Assembly: GCF_053078305.1 (NCBI RefSeq)
Contig: NZ_CP166879.1
Direction: 5' to 3' (one strand)
Length of the DNA stretch: 64,000 bases
The notes under the pieces are model-generated. The model was not told the DNA's origin and made no database searches. It saw nothing but the letters and a program-made list of their open reading frames with translations. Of this stretch, positions 46,589 to 56,872 are shown in pieces (position 1 is the stretch's first letter; each line of letters starts with the position of its first letter). A program made the translations under genes and the position numbers.

Positions 46589-46645
46589 CACGTTATCAGG
46601 CCACCGCGTTGGCCTGACTGATTTCTGAATGAAAGGAACTGATTT

Positions 46646-47674
46646 ATGGGATTGTTTACGACCCGCCAGTTACTCGGTTATACCGAACAAAAAGTGAAAT
46701 TTCGTGCGCTGTTTCTGGAGCTGTTTTTCCGCCGTACGGTGAATTTCCACACCGAAGAGGTGATGCTGGATAAAATTACCGGAAAAACGCCGGTGGCAGC
46801 CTATGTCTCCCCGGTTGTTGAAGGAAAAGTGCTGCGTCATCGTGGTGGTGAAACCCGCGTGTTGCGTCCGGGCTACGTCAAGCCGAAACACGAATTTAAT
46901 TACCAGCAGGCGGTGGAGCGCCTTCCCGGTGAAGATCCGGCGCAACTGAACGACCCGGCCTACCGTCGTCTGCGTATCATCACTGATAACCTCAAACAGG
47001 AAGAGCATGCCATTGTCCAGGTGGAGGAAATGCAGGCGGTGAATGCCGTGCTGTATGGCAAATACACCATGGAAGGGGAGCAGTTTGATACTGTCGAGGT
47101 GGATTTCGGGCGCTCTGAAGGAAATAACATTGAGCAGGCTGACGGTAAAAAATGGTCTGAGCAGGACCGTGATACGTTTGATCCGACGCATGATATTGAC
47201 CTCTACTGCGATCAGGCCAGCGGTCTTGTGAATATCGCCATTATGGACGGTACGGTCTGGCGTCTGCTGAATGGCTTTAAGTTGTTCCGCGAAAAACTGG
47301 ATGCCCGTCGCGGCTCAAATTCACAACTCGAAACAGCAGTGAAAGACCTGGGGTCGGTGGTGTCCTTCAAGGGGTATTACGGCGATCTGGCCATTGTGGT
47401 GGCGAAAACGTCTTATGTGGCAGAGGACGGTACCGAAAAACGTTATCTGCCGGAGGGCACGCTGGTCCTGGGAAATACGTCAGCGGAGGGCATCCGTTGC
47501 TATGGTGCCATTCAGGATGCGCAGGCGTTGTCCGAAGGTGTGGTGGCCTCTTCCCGTTATCCGAAACACTGGATGACCGTGGGCGATCCGGCCCGTGAAT
47601 TCACCATGACGCAGTCCGCGCCGCTGATGGTGCTGCCGGATCCGGATGAGTTTGTGGTGGTACAGGTGAAATAA
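46646..47674 (+). CDS. Major capsid protein (gpE-like)
   Basis: 342 aa collinear with lambda gpE. Confidence 0.9.
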   Translation: MGLFTTRQLLGYTEQKVKFRALFLELFFRRTVNFHTEEVMLDKITGKTPVAAYVSPVVEGKVLRHRGGETRVLRPGYVKPKHEFNYQQAVERLPGEDPAQLNDPAYRRLRIITDNLKQEEHAIVQVEEMQAVNAVLYGKYTMEGEQFDTVEVDFGRSEGNNIEQADGKKWSEQDRDTFDPTHDIDLYCDQASGLVNIAIMDGTVWRLLNGFKLFREKLDARRGSNSQLETAVKDLGSVVSFKGYYGDLAIVVAKTSYVAEDGTEKRYLPEGTLVLGNTSAEGIRCYGAIQDAQALSEGVVASSRYPKHWMTVGDPAREFTMTQSAPLMVLPDPDEFVVVQVK

Positions 47675-47725
47675 TCCGGGAGCGGGGGCGAAATGCCCCC
47701 GTGTCTTTTTTCACAGGGGGCTGAG

Positions 47726-48109
47726 ATGGCAACAAAAGAAGAAAATCTGAATCGTCTTCGTCAACTGGCTGGTCTGCTGGGGCGCGAGGCGGATATGTCG
47801 GGGAGTGCTGCGGATATTGCTCTGCGTGTGTCTGAGTGGGAAGAGGAGCTTGCAGCTTCCCGGGAGGGCATTATGCACTCTGATGAGAGCGGGTCTGATC
47901 AAAATGACACAGACGATGGTGAGCAGTTGAACAACACGGATTCTCCGGATGATGTTAAAGCCGTCCGGGTACGGAAGTGCCTGCAAGTGATGGGGTATTG
48001 CCCGGAGACAGGTCGTCCCGTTGAGCTGGCGTTACGGGGTATGCGTGTTCTGGTGCCATCATCACTGGCAACGGCCATGATACAGCACGGAACGGCTGAA
48101 TATGCGTGA
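47726..48109 (+). CDS. gpFI-like DNA packaging protein
   Basis: Start at MATKEENLNRLRQLAG; upstream extension rejected. Confidence 0.7.
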   Translation: MATKEENLNRLRQLAGLLGREADMSGSAADIALRVSEWEEELAASREGIMHSDESGSDQNDTDDGEQLNNTDSPDDVKAVRVRKCLQVMGYCPETGRPVELALRGMRVLVPSSLATAMIQHGTAEYA

Positions 48110-48455
48110 TTTTCAGAATGCCTTTGATGCTGCCCTCGCCGGGGTGGACAGTACGATCGTTGAAGTGATGGGGATCCGTGCGCAGTTCACCTCCGGTGCA
48201 CAGCGTGGCGGCGAAGTTCAGGGGGTTTTTGACGATCCGGAGTCGCTGGGTTTTGCCGGTGGCGGGGTCCGTATTGAAGGAAGCAGCCCGTCATTATTTG
48301 TGCGGACGGATACGGTGCGTGCTGTGCGGCGTGGTGACACGCTGACCATTAACGGCGAGATGTTCTGGGTGGATCGTGTTTCTCCGGATGACGGGGGCAG
48401 CTGTTATCTCTGGCTCAACCGTGGGCAACCACCCGCTGTTAACCGGCGACGATAA
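48102..48455 (+). CDS. gpFII-like head-tail connector
   Basis: ...GSSPSLFVRTD.VR..RRGDTLTI....FWVDRVSPDDGGSC.LWL.RG.PPAVNRRR. Confidence 0.8.
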   Translation: MRDFQNAFDAALAGVDSTIVEVMGIRAQFTSGAQRGGEVQGVFDDPESLGFAGGGVRIEGSSPSLFVRTDTVRAVRRGDTLTINGEMFWVDRVSPDDGGSCYLWLNRGQPPAVNRRR

Positions 48456-48470
48456 ACGCAGGGTGAAATT

Positions 48471-48953
48471 ATGGCGATAAAAGGGCTTGATCAGGCGATT
48501 GATAATCTGAGCCGGGTTCGTAAAAACGCCATTCCTGCTGCTTCAGCAATGGCCATTAACCGCGTGGCCACAACGGCAATAAATCAGTCTGCGTCACAGG
48601 TTGCCCGTGAGACAAAGGTACGCCGGAAACTGGTAAAGGAAAGGGCCAGGCTGAAAAGGGCCACGGTAAAAAATCCGCAGGCCAGAATCAAAGTTAACCG
48701 GGGGGATTTGCCTGTAATCAGGCTGGGTAATGCGCGGGTTGTCCTGTCCCGACGCAGGCGACGTAAAAAGGGGCAGCGTTCATCCCTGAAAGGTGGCGGC
48801 AGTGTGCTTGTGGTGGGTAACCGTCGCATTCCCGGCGCGTTTATTCAGCAACTGAAAAATGGGCGGTGGCATGTCATGCAGCGTGTGGCCGGGAAAAACC
48901 GTTACCCCATTGATGTGGTAAAAATCCCGATGGCGGTGCCTGTAACCAGGTAA
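48471..48953 (+). pseudogene. Minor tail protein Z-like, truncated at codon ~157
   Basis: Near-identical to lambda gpZ up to ...VVKIPMAVP then diverges and stops; lambda gpZ is ~190 aa. Confidence 0.75.
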
Positions 48954-49245
48954 ATCATTTGATACCGACAAGGGTTTTAGTGAAAGGAGGTGAAATCACC
49001 TGTAAGATACTGAAATAAAACAGGTGATCGATGATTCTGGAGGTTGTTTAGTTTTGATACTGATTAAATAAAATCCGGTATAAAATTAAGGTATCGGCAA
49101 CAAATTTGATACTGCACATACTGCTTATGGACGTTTTTAAAAGTACTTAAAATGTCTTTTATGCTAAAAAGTTTATATCAATATCGATCTGGTCACAAAT
49201 CAAGTTGAAAGTGCTCGCTAAGTGCATAGCCTGGGCTTCATGGGG
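48941..49245 (+). repeat. Putative Mu-like left end (attL) with repeated TTTGATACYG motifs
   Basis: Motif at least four times in about 200 bp; begins 5'-TG where Z homology ends. Confidence 0.45.
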
Positions 49246-49764
49246 TTACGCTTTGGCTTCTTTATGGGTTAAATTGAAATGATGCTCCTTGGTTTCATCT
49301 CCCTCGAAAATCTCTCTAACCTTTTGATCTGATAAATTATTAAGGCTCAATGCTGCCAGGCGTCGAATACCTGTTAAAGCGATCAACTCTTGATTCTCTT
49401 GATTGCAGAATTCCAGCAATTTTTCTACCCCTTTCCTTCTCAAGGTGTAAATAACTAATTCTTGCTCTTCTTGGCTCAAAGTGTCGATGAGTTCGAGCAA
49501 CTCGCTATTGCCACCGTTCTTTTGAGGGGGCTGGTGTTTTATTTCTGCACTACCTGTAATGATGGAAACAACATGTGCAGGTAAGTCGCTTAAACGGTAG
49601 GCAAATGCTCTCCCTCTGATACCAGGTGTAGTTACCGAACGTTTTTCCCATCCTTCATTTTTTGCTCGTTTATGAAGCCCAGCCAGAGATGAAGGAAGAC
49701 CTCCAACCCCCAACAAGTCACTGGCAAGGATCCATTCTTGGTCAAGGATCATATCAAACTCCAT
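49246..49764 (-). CDS. Mu c-like repressor
   Basis: N-terminal ...LPSSLAGLHKRAK... domain shared with the transposase N-terminus. Confidence 0.7.
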   Translation of the reverse strand: MEFDMILDQEWILASDLLGVGGLPSSLAGLHKRAKNEGWEKRSVTTPGIRGRAFAYRLSDLPAHVVSIITGSAEIKHQPPQKNGGNSELLELIDTLSQEEQELVIYTLRRKGVEKLLEFCNQENQELIALTGIRRLAALSLNNLSDQKVREIFEGDETKEHHFNLTHKEAKA

Positions 49765-49981
49765 TTGATATTAACTTTTGTTTATATCTTTTATGCGGTT
49801 TATTTCAAAAATAACTCAATAAAAAACAAATAGATACAGAGCAAATTTAAAAATTTGAAATTAACCAGTTGATATTTACTAAGTTAATATCTAACATATC
49901 AAACATACACTAGTGAGTAACTCAATAGAGTAGCACACATGAGTAATAAAGTTTGCCATAGAAAGTACACAGGGGGCCATT

Positions 49982-50227
49982 GTGAGTCTTATTGAAGATT
50001 GGTCTTCCGCCGATATAAAGGCAGCCTTAGAAAAACGCGATACCAATTTGTCACGTTTATCAAGGGAAAATAATTTGCAGCCTAGGACTTTGGGTAATGC
50101 TTTGCGAGTTCCCTACCCTAAAGGTGAAAAGATAATTGCTAGGGCTATAGGTGTAGAGCCACAGGTTATTTGGCCTACTAGATATGAACGACGTGCGCGG
50201 AGGAAATATGTGGGTTGCAATGACTGA
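49982..50227 (+). CDS. ner: Ner-like DNA-binding regulator
   Basis: 81 aa; ...LSRLSRENNLQPRTLGNAL...KGEKIIARAIGVEPQVIWPTRY. Confidence 0.7.
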   Translation: MSLIEDWSSADIKAALEKRDTNLSRLSRENNLQPRTLGNALRVPYPKGEKIIARAIGVEPQVIWPTRYERRARRKYVGCND

Positions 50228-52292
50228 ATTGATTTCATTCAGTGACCTACCTAGTTCTTTGGCAGGTCTGCACAAAAAAGCAAAGAGGGAAGCGTGGAAA
50301 ACGCGGCTAAAACCAGGGGTAAAAGGGAAAGTTTTAGAGTGTGAAATAGGAGCTTTGCCTTTAACTGTTCAGCAGGCAGTACGCGAACGCCATGCCCTGC
50401 AACTGATGACGCAAAAAGCCGATGAATCACCGGCTCCGGTGGTGACAAAGGCCAGACGCTCACCTGCCGTGGTTGATGCGGTGGAGGCATATCGCGGATC
50501 ACCCCAACTGATGGTCGAACGCCTCAATGCCCTGACTGAAAATCAGCGCCAGGTGGCTGATGCACGAATCGCGATCGTCAGCGAAGTTCTGAAAGTCGCG
50601 CAACAACCTGGTTTCAGCTGTGCGAAGGCTATCCGGTTTATCGTTGACAACCTGGCACGTTCGCAGTTGGACGAGCGCATTGTGGCAATGGTTGAGACGG
50701 CGAACGCCAAAAAGGGAAACAGCCGCGCGTTAAGTGAAATCACGCTGAAACGCTGGATTGCGGCCTTTAACAAGGCGCAGAACGCCGCTGAACGCCTGCT
50801 TTTACTGGCACCGGGTAAGCGCCAGGAAATAAAAGCCGAAGATATTAACTGGCTGCCCGAATTTCTGGCGCAGTATCGCCAGTCAAACGGCCGACCAATG
50901 ACCGAGGCTTACGAGGATTTTGTCGCTGAATGGCAGCACCGGCACGCCGATGAGCCTTATATGCTCGATATCATGCCGTCTTATGACACCATTCGCCGCG
51001 CAATGAAGAAACTGCCGGAAGTGGTGAAACAAAAAGGCCGGGTGACCGGCAGTGAATACCGCCAGCTTGAGGGATTCACGCGCCGCGACTGGTCAAAAAT
51101 GCCGGTGAATTATGTCTGGATTGGTGACGGTCACGGCATGAAGCTGAAATGCGCACACCCGGTTCACGGTCGGCCATTTGCACCGGAAGTGACCTTTGTT
51201 ATCGACGGTGGCACGCGCTTTGTGGTGGGCTGGAGCCTTGACCTGGCTGAAAATGTTTTCGCCGTAGCCGGTGCCATACAGCACGGCATTCGCCATCACG
51301 GCAAACCGTTTCTGTATTACTCGGATAACGGCTCCGGGGAAACCGCCGACATCCTGGATAAGGAGGTTGTGGGGATACTGCCGCGACTGGGGATTAATCA
51401 CCCGACCGGGATTGCCGGTAATCCGCAGGGACGAGGCATTATCGAACGGCTTAACCGCACATTACCGATGCGCATAGCCCGTAAATACCGCACCTATTTC
51501 GGGAAAGGTGCAGATCGCGAGACGTTACGCAAAACCAACCGCGATTTACGCTCGGCATTTACTGCCCTGCAACAGGGCAAACGGCTGAACGCCCGGCAGC
51601 AGTCAGCGATGCGTGATTTACCGTCCTGGTCTGAACTGATTGATGCCATTCGTGACGGTGTTGAGTGGTACAACAACCGGCCGCACGATGAATTACCGGT
51701 GAAGCCGAACGGCAAGCATTACAGCCCGGCGGAGTTCAGAAAAAAACGCCTGGCGGAAGAGGACACGGAAATTGAATGGCTGTCCGATGTTGAGCTGCGG
51801 GATATGTTCCGGCCGATGGTGGAACGCCCTGTAAGACGCTGTGAAATACGCTGGCTGAATAATATTTACTACGCGCCCGAGCTGCGTGACGAGCATGGTC
51901 GTAAGGTGCTTATCAGCTATGACATTCATGATGCCGAACGAATTACCGTACGTCGCCTGGATGGCAGCGTGATTTGCGAGGCGGTATGGGACGGTAATAA
52001 ACGCGAAGCCTTCCCGGTTAGCGCGGAATACTACAAACAGCAGCAACGCCTTAAAGGCATGCGTAAACGCGCAGAGGAAAAAATCCGTGATGCCGAGGAT
52101 GAGGTTGTCAACGTGCTGGAGCACAAGCCGCAGGAGCCCTGGCTGGAAAACATATACCGCCCTGTGGGTAATACGGTGACCGTTCAGCAACCGGTCGCTG
52201 ACGATGAACCTGATGAAGAATACGAGCGTAATTTCCAGCGGGGATTGCAGTTGCTGGAAGCGAAATTAAAAGAAAATGACCCGCTGGCCTGA
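50208..52292 (+). CDS. MuA-like DDE transposase
   Basis: About 695 aa; repressor-like N-terminal domain; GGAGG RBS; start overlaps ner. Confidence 0.85.
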   Translation: MWVAMTELISFSDLPSSLAGLHKKAKREAWKTRLKPGVKGKVLECEIGALPLTVQQAVRERHALQLMTQKADESPAPVVTKARRSPAVVDAVEAYRGSPQLMVERLNALTENQRQVADARIAIVSEVLKVAQQPGFSCAKAIRFIVDNLARSQLDERIVAMVETANAKKGNSRALSEITLKRWIAAFNKAQNAAERLLLLAPGKRQEIKAEDINWLPEFLAQYRQSNGRPMTEAYEDFVAEWQHRHADEPYMLDIMPSYDTIRRAMKKLPEVVKQKGRVTGSEYRQLEGFTRRDWSKMPVNYVWIGDGHGMKLKCAHPVHGRPFAPEVTFVIDGGTRFVVGWSLDLAENVFAVAGAIQHGIRHHGKPFLYYSDNGSGETADILDKEVVGILPRLGINHPTGIAGNPQGRGIIERLNRTLPMRIARKYRTYFGKGADRETLRKTNRDLRSAFTALQQGKRLNARQQSAMRDLPSWSELIDAIRDGVEWYNNRPHDELPVKPNGKHYSPAEFRKKRLAEEDTEIEWLSDVELRDMFRPMVERPVRRCEIRWLNNIYYAPELRDEHGRKVLISYDIHDAERITVRRLDGSVICEAVWDGNKREAFPVSAEYYKQQQRLKGMRKRAEEKIRDAEDEVVNVLEHKPQEPWLENIYRPVGNTVTVQQPVADDEPDEEYERNFQRGLQLLEAKLKENDPLA

Positions 52293-52363
52293 AATAAAAA
52301 AATAACCCGAGCGGCGACTCAGGTTATTTGATTAAACAAGGTATCAAATGAAAGGTTAATAAT

Positions 52364-53296
52364 ATGACTGATATTAACGATGTAATCAAGACCATTGATG
52401 AACTTATTGATGGCGGCGTACTGACGCAGTATGCCATCGCCAGAGAGGCGGGAATTTCCGACGGCACATTATCGGCTTTCCGTAAGGGAAAATATAAAGG
52501 CGATAACGCTGCTGTGGCTGCTTCCCTGCGTTCCTGGTATGAGAACTGGAATAAACAAAGCGCACTGCCGGAACCGCCGCAGTTTGTGGAAACGCAGACA
52601 GTCCAGGAGCTGCGCACACTGTTTCAGGCGGTTCGTCTGATGGGCTGTATTAACGTTATTGTGGGCGTACCGGGTGTGGGTAAAACGGCCACTGCCCGTA
52701 ATTACTGCCAGGAGCAACCAAACACCTGGATGATCACCCTGTCACCCGCGCACTCCAGCGTCACGGAGTGTCTGCTGGAGCTGGCCGATGCGCTGGGGAT
52801 TGATTACACCCGCGCGAACAAAGGGGCATTATCCCGCGCCATCCGCCGTCGCCTGATGGGAACGCGTGGACTGGTGATTGTGGATGAGGCGGATCATCTT
52901 GGTATTGACGGTCTGGAGCAACTCCGGGCAATTCAGGACGCCACGGGGATCGGGATGGTGCTTATTGGTAACCCGCGCGGATTGTTTAAAGGTGGACGCC
53001 GCGCCTTTGATGATTTATCGCGCCTGTTCAGCCGTCTTGCCCGTACAAAACAACTTCGCAAGGCCAAAAAGGCGGATGTGCTGGCCATTGCCAGTGCGTG
53101 GGGGATCAGTGGTGAGGCCGAGCTGGCCGTCATGCAGGCTATCGCTGAAAAGCCGGGAGCGTTACGCGTTCTGACACATACGCTTAACCAGGCGTGGCTC
53201 ACCGCCAGCGGTGAAGGCGCGGCGCTGACAGAAAAACATATTAATGCGGCCTTTAAAGAGGTTTATACCAACCCTGAATTACTCTCACAGGTGTGA
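52364..53296 (+). CDS. MuB-like AAA+ ATPase
   Basis: Walker A VGVPGVGKT, Walker B VIVDEADHL. Confidence 0.85.
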   Translation: MTDINDVIKTIDELIDGGVLTQYAIAREAGISDGTLSAFRKGKYKGDNAAVAASLRSWYENWNKQSALPEPPQFVETQTVQELRTLFQAVRLMGCINVIVGVPGVGKTATARNYCQEQPNTWMITLSPAHSSVTECLLELADALGIDYTRANKGALSRAIRRRLMGTRGLVIVDEADHLGIDGLEQLRAIQDATGIGMVLIGNPRGLFKGGRRAFDDLSRLFSRLARTKQLRKAKKADVLAIASAWGISGEAELAVMQAIAEKPGALRVLTHTLNQAWLTASGEGAALTEKHINAAFKEVYTNPELLSQV

Positions 53297-53520
53297 TTAT
53301 GGCGGTATTTAATATTCCTGATATTTACGGACGCTTTTACCTGGTTAATTTCGATAACGTGAAGGTGATTTCACTGGCCGAAAATAAAGAATGTGGCGAT
53401 TTACTTTTTGAATTTAATGACCGCACACGAATGGTGATATCTGCCGGACTTGATCGCGAAGGTGCGACAGACGTTTACAGCGGAATATGCCGTTCTGTTG
53501 GTGCGAAACAAGTCAGCTAA
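53293..53520 (+). CDS. Small early protein (kil position)
   Basis: 75 aa immediately after B; positional. Confidence 0.35.
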   Translation: MIMAVFNIPDIYGRFYLVNFDNVKVISLAENKECGDLLFEFNDRTRMVISAGLDREGATDVYSGICRSVGAKQVS

Positions 53521-53787
53521 ATGAGGTGTTATATGAATATGCAATCCTGCGGTAACAAAATGAATTTATTCGACTCCCTGAACAGCGCGCGCCGTCTGAC
53601 CGAACTTGCCGGTGCGGTACTGGAACGCAGTAAGCGCTATCCGCAACGTTTTGCACTGAAAACCACGCCGCCGGTAGGCAACGTGCAGGGAACCGGTGAA
53701 ATTGAAATCACCATACAGACCAACGGCCTGCGCCGCCGTGTGAAGGCCACCCGCATCAGCGGCTGCACGGTTTACTGGGAGGTGTGA
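53521..53787 (+). CDS. Hypothetical early protein
   Basis: 88 aa. Confidence 0.3.
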   Translation: MRCYMNMQSCGNKMNLFDSLNSARRLTELAGAVLERSKRYPQRFALKTTPPVGNVQGTGEIEITIQTNGLRRRVKATRISGCTVYWEV

Positions 53788-53864
53788 GGTGAAAAAAAAA
53801 TCTCATTGCATGGGCGTGGTCGAGTGGTCTTATTGAGTTTGGTTACGTCCTGCCGGAAGGTGCA

Positions 53865-54071
53865 TTGCCGATAGTTGCCGGAAAGCCTGCCACGGTACGG
53901 CATGTGATTGAGGTTATGGCGCGTCATGGACGTGATGAACAGGAGCAGTTACTGGTTCCGGGGATACCGGAAGCGGTGACGGAGGAAGAAGCCTTTAATG
54001 CCATGATTCGGTTCTGCCGTGAGGTCAGACGCCGGGTCAGTTATCCAAACAGAACGAGGACCAGAGGATGA
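53865..54071 (+). CDS. Hypothetical early protein
   Basis: 68 aa. Confidence 0.3.
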   Translation: MPIVAGKPATVRHVIEVMARHGRDEQEQLLVPGIPEAVTEEEAFNAMIRFCREVRRRVSYPNRTRTRG

Positions 54072-54340
54072 GTAAAGTCGTACGCATTATTTTCGAATAC
54101 AAGGAGCACGTTATCCATAAAAACGCGGATGGAACAGTGCGCATGGGGATAAGTCTGGACATACGTTCAACCGGGATAAAGCAGAAAGGTGATGGACCTG
54201 CCATGATTTTTGGGGTGGTTATGCTCGCGGAAAGCAGAGACTTTGCTGAACTTGTGGCAATGAAAGCCAGTGCGCTCATGAAAGATATGAGCATGCGTTC
54301 CGGGGTTATTAAAGGTAATGAATTTAATCAGCAGGGGTAA
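54068..54340 (+). CDS. Hypothetical early protein (paralog A)
   Basis: MSKVVRIIFEYKEHV... Confidence 0.4.
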   Translation: MSKVVRIIFEYKEHVIHKNADGTVRMGISLDIRSTGIKQKGDGPAMIFGVVMLAESRDFAELVAMKASALMKDMSMRSGVIKGNEFNQQG

Positions 54341-54344
54341 TTCC

Positions 54345-54638
54345 ATGAGCAAAGTACGCGTTATTTTTGAATTTAAGCATGTTTCGCATGACGAAAAACC
54401 GGCAGGCAATGACTGTGTTGAAGTGCATGAAAAGATTGGTGTGGATGTAAAAACAGAACGTGATACGAATAACAGGCCGACGTCACTCTGTGACGTTTAT
54501 GTAAGTATTCTCCAGTATCACAGTCCTGAAATTATTCAGTTTCTCTCAGCGGAATTTCAGGCATCTGTACAGGCTTTTGGGGCGGATGCCATCATTAAAC
54601 GCCACCGCGTGCATAAAGCATCAGGCACACTGCAATAA
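54345..54638 (+). CDS. Hypothetical early protein (paralog B)
   Basis: MSKVRVIFEFKHVSH...; same N-terminal signature as previous gene. Confidence 0.4.
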   Translation: MSKVRVIFEFKHVSHDEKPAGNDCVEVHEKIGVDVKTERDTNNRPTSLCDVYVSILQYHSPEIIQFLSAEFQASVQAFGADAIIKRHRVHKASGTLQ

Positions 54639-54649
54639 GGAAAAACAAA

Positions 54650-55180
54650 ATGGCAAAACGCGTTACAAAATTAAAGGCCGCAGCAGAGGCGGCACCGCAG
54701 ACCCGTGAAGAGGTCAGCCGCGATATCCGCACCCTGGGCGATATTCAGCGAGAGGCGCTGCGCCTGGAAACAGCGATGAATGATGAAGTGGCAGAAATCA
54801 CCGCCCGTTATACGCCGCAGATTGAAAACCTTAAAAAAGAAATCAAAGTGCTTTTTAAGGGGATTCAGGACTGGTGCAAAACCAACCGTGATGAGCTGAC
54901 GAACGGCGGCAAAACCAAAACTGCCAATCTGACCACCGGAACAGTGTCATGGCGGCTGGGAAATCCATCATGCAGCGTCAGCCGTGATGTGGAAGGTGTG
55001 ATTGAAATGCTGCGCCGTATGGGGCTTGAGCGATTCATCCGCACGAAAGAGGAAGTGAACAAGGAAGCGGTCCTGGCGGAGCCGGATGCAGTGAAAGGCA
55101 TTGCCGGTATTAAGGTGAATAAAGGCGCTGAAAGTTTTTATGTCGAGCCTTTTGAACAGGACGCCGGACTGAATAAATAA
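54650..55180 (+). CDS. gam: Gam-like host-nuclease inhibitor
   Basis: ...IGDIQREALRLETAMNDEVAEI...ANRDELTNGGKTKTANL...RFIRTKEEVNKEA... matches Mu Gam. Confidence 0.85.
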   Translation: MAKRVTKLKAAAEAAPQTREEVSRDIRTLGDIQREALRLETAMNDEVAEITARYTPQIENLKKEIKVLFKGIQDWCKTNRDELTNGGKTKTANLTTGTVSWRLGNPSCSVSRDVEGVIEMLRRMGLERFIRTKEEVNKEAVLAEPDAVKGIAGIKVNKGAESFYVEPFEQDAGLNK

Positions 55181-55277
55181 CACCGCATTAAATCTTTAAA
55201 TATCACATCGTTTTAAGTATGGCGCTCGCGTCAGGGGACTGTCTGCGCCTGTAAACTGAAAATAAGGAACAGGATAT

Positions 55278-55820
55278 ATGGCATATTTTTATTTCAAATT
55301 AGACCGTGTGCAGACAAATAAATATTTCACCAAATATCAACAGACTGTTTTACCGCTACGCAACAGTATTCTTCGGGCATTACTGAAAAATACAGGCGCT
55401 GCCGGATTGCGCTTAAAGCCGTTTGCCATGGACGTAATCAGTGAGTTTTATTTTTCTGGTACTCTGCCTGCGGGCTGGCGTAAGCGCGATGATGTGGCTT
55501 TTATCGGGGACGGACCGTGCTTTATTGCCAGACCTGATGAGTCATGCCCTGAAGGACCGGCGATTGCCGCAATGATTGAAGCCGCTGAACGCGAGTTAAG
55601 AAAGCGTCCTGATTTCCTTGTCTGGCTCTGTGAAAAGCTGGGGGTAATGAGAATCCCCTCCATGTTTAACATGGACTCCTGGTGGACCCCGTCGCTCTCC
55701 CGTGATGCCCTGTGCGTGGTGTTTAAAGTAGGCGCTTATGGCAGGGAAATAAAAGGGGGTATTCCTGAAGAATGCCAGGAGATTAAACATTCTGAATATG
55801 TGGCGCTGACGGAGGAATAA
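55278..55820 (+). CDS. Hypothetical early protein
   Basis: 180 aa. Confidence 0.4.
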   Translation: MAYFYFKLDRVQTNKYFTKYQQTVLPLRNSILRALLKNTGAAGLRLKPFAMDVISEFYFSGTLPAGWRKRDDVAFIGDGPCFIARPDESCPEGPAIAAMIEAAERELRKRPDFLVWLCEKLGVMRIPSMFNMDSWWTPSLSRDALCVVFKVGAYGREIKGGIPEECQEIKHSEYVALTEE

Positions 55821-55823
55821 TTC

Positions 55824-56357
55824 ATGATTGATGCAAAAGTGCTTGAAGGGGTTAAAAACTGGCTGAGTATTTACGGGCGTCTGACCTGCGGAGTTCTGGC
55901 TGAAAAAATGAATATGCCGCCATCCTCGATGGTTTATTTTCTGCGTGATGCGGTTGATGCCGGGGTGCTGACGGAATGTAACGGTTTTTATGATATTCCG
56001 CGTCCCCGCCCGGTGCAGCCGGTTCGTCGCAAATGCAGCCAGGAGTCTGCGGCTGATGATGTTCAGTGGTGCAGCTTCAGAAAATCCCTGCCGTGGATTG
56101 AGGGGCATGATATTCCGTCGATGGCGTGGGAATTTGCTCAGGGCATACTGACCTGTGAAACCGTTTATGTGGTGGCTGAAGTTGATGAGCAGGCCATGAA
56201 AGAAGGCGTGCCCCAGTTTGTGATGGCGTATATCGACATACGCCTGGGTGTCATTATCTGCGGTTTAAGCGGCTGGAATATCACCTCGCGCGTTCTGCGT
56301 TACCTGATTGTTGACCGGACGGCCGCGCCTGCCGGGATATCTGCGGAGGTGGCGTAA
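55824..56357 (+). CDS. Hypothetical early protein
   Basis: 177 aa. Confidence 0.4.
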   Translation: MIDAKVLEGVKNWLSIYGRLTCGVLAEKMNMPPSSMVYFLRDAVDAGVLTECNGFYDIPRPRPVQPVRRKCSQESAADDVQWCSFRKSLPWIEGHDIPSMAWEFAQGILTCETVYVVAEVDEQAMKEGVPQFVMAYIDIRLGVIICGLSGWNITSRVLRYLIVDRTAAPAGISAEVA

Positions 56358-56872
56358 TGTTCTTTAAAACATCAAACCCTTCCGCGCTGGCCGCGTGGCA
56401 AAAATATCAGCAGGACTGCCAGAAAGTTAAGGATGAGGCAAAACGCCTTGAGGCCGTGCTGAATGTTGCGTGCCGGTCGGTATTTGTATCCGGTATCAGT
56501 GGCTTTTGTTTTAAAGGGCTGCGCTTTATGGATGACAAATATCCTTTTCATCGCGACTTATGGCGAAAACCGACTGCGTCGAATGGCTGGAGCTGCACAC
56601 CGCGCACATCACGTATTCCCAAAGCCCTGCGCGTTGCCTCTGACGAACTTAACAGTCTGTGGCGTGAATATTCGCCCGTCACGTATGCCAGAACCGATGC
56701 ACTGTTGTTCTGGCTGGGTATTGATTTCTCGGCAATCATGTTTGGCCCTGTGAAGTGGTTCTGCGTTGACGATGTGATTTACCTTGAGTGCGGCGTAAAA
56801 CCCGCAAATCAGAAAATGACCGAAATTCTGTCTGATGAGTTTTATGCTGCTGAAAAGCGAGTCAGGGGGTGA
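56357..56872 (+). CDS. Hypothetical early protein
   Basis: 171 aa, coupled. Confidence 0.4.
   Translation: MFFKTSNPSALAAWQKYQQDCQKVKDEAKRLEAVLNVACRSVFVSGISGFCFKGLRFMDDKYPFHRDLWRKPTASNGWSCTPRTSRIPKALRVASDELNSLWREYSPVTYARTDALLFWLGIDFSAIMFGPVKWFCVDDVIYLECGVKPANQKMTEILSDEFYAAEKRVRG

Larger units (their letters stand above)
1420..48940. mobile_element. Qin-like lambdoid prophage, left end next to rspB; right part displaced beyond nested Mu-like prophage
   Basis: Integrase next to host junction, followed by early, lysis and head gene modules in lambdoid order. Confidence 0.8.
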
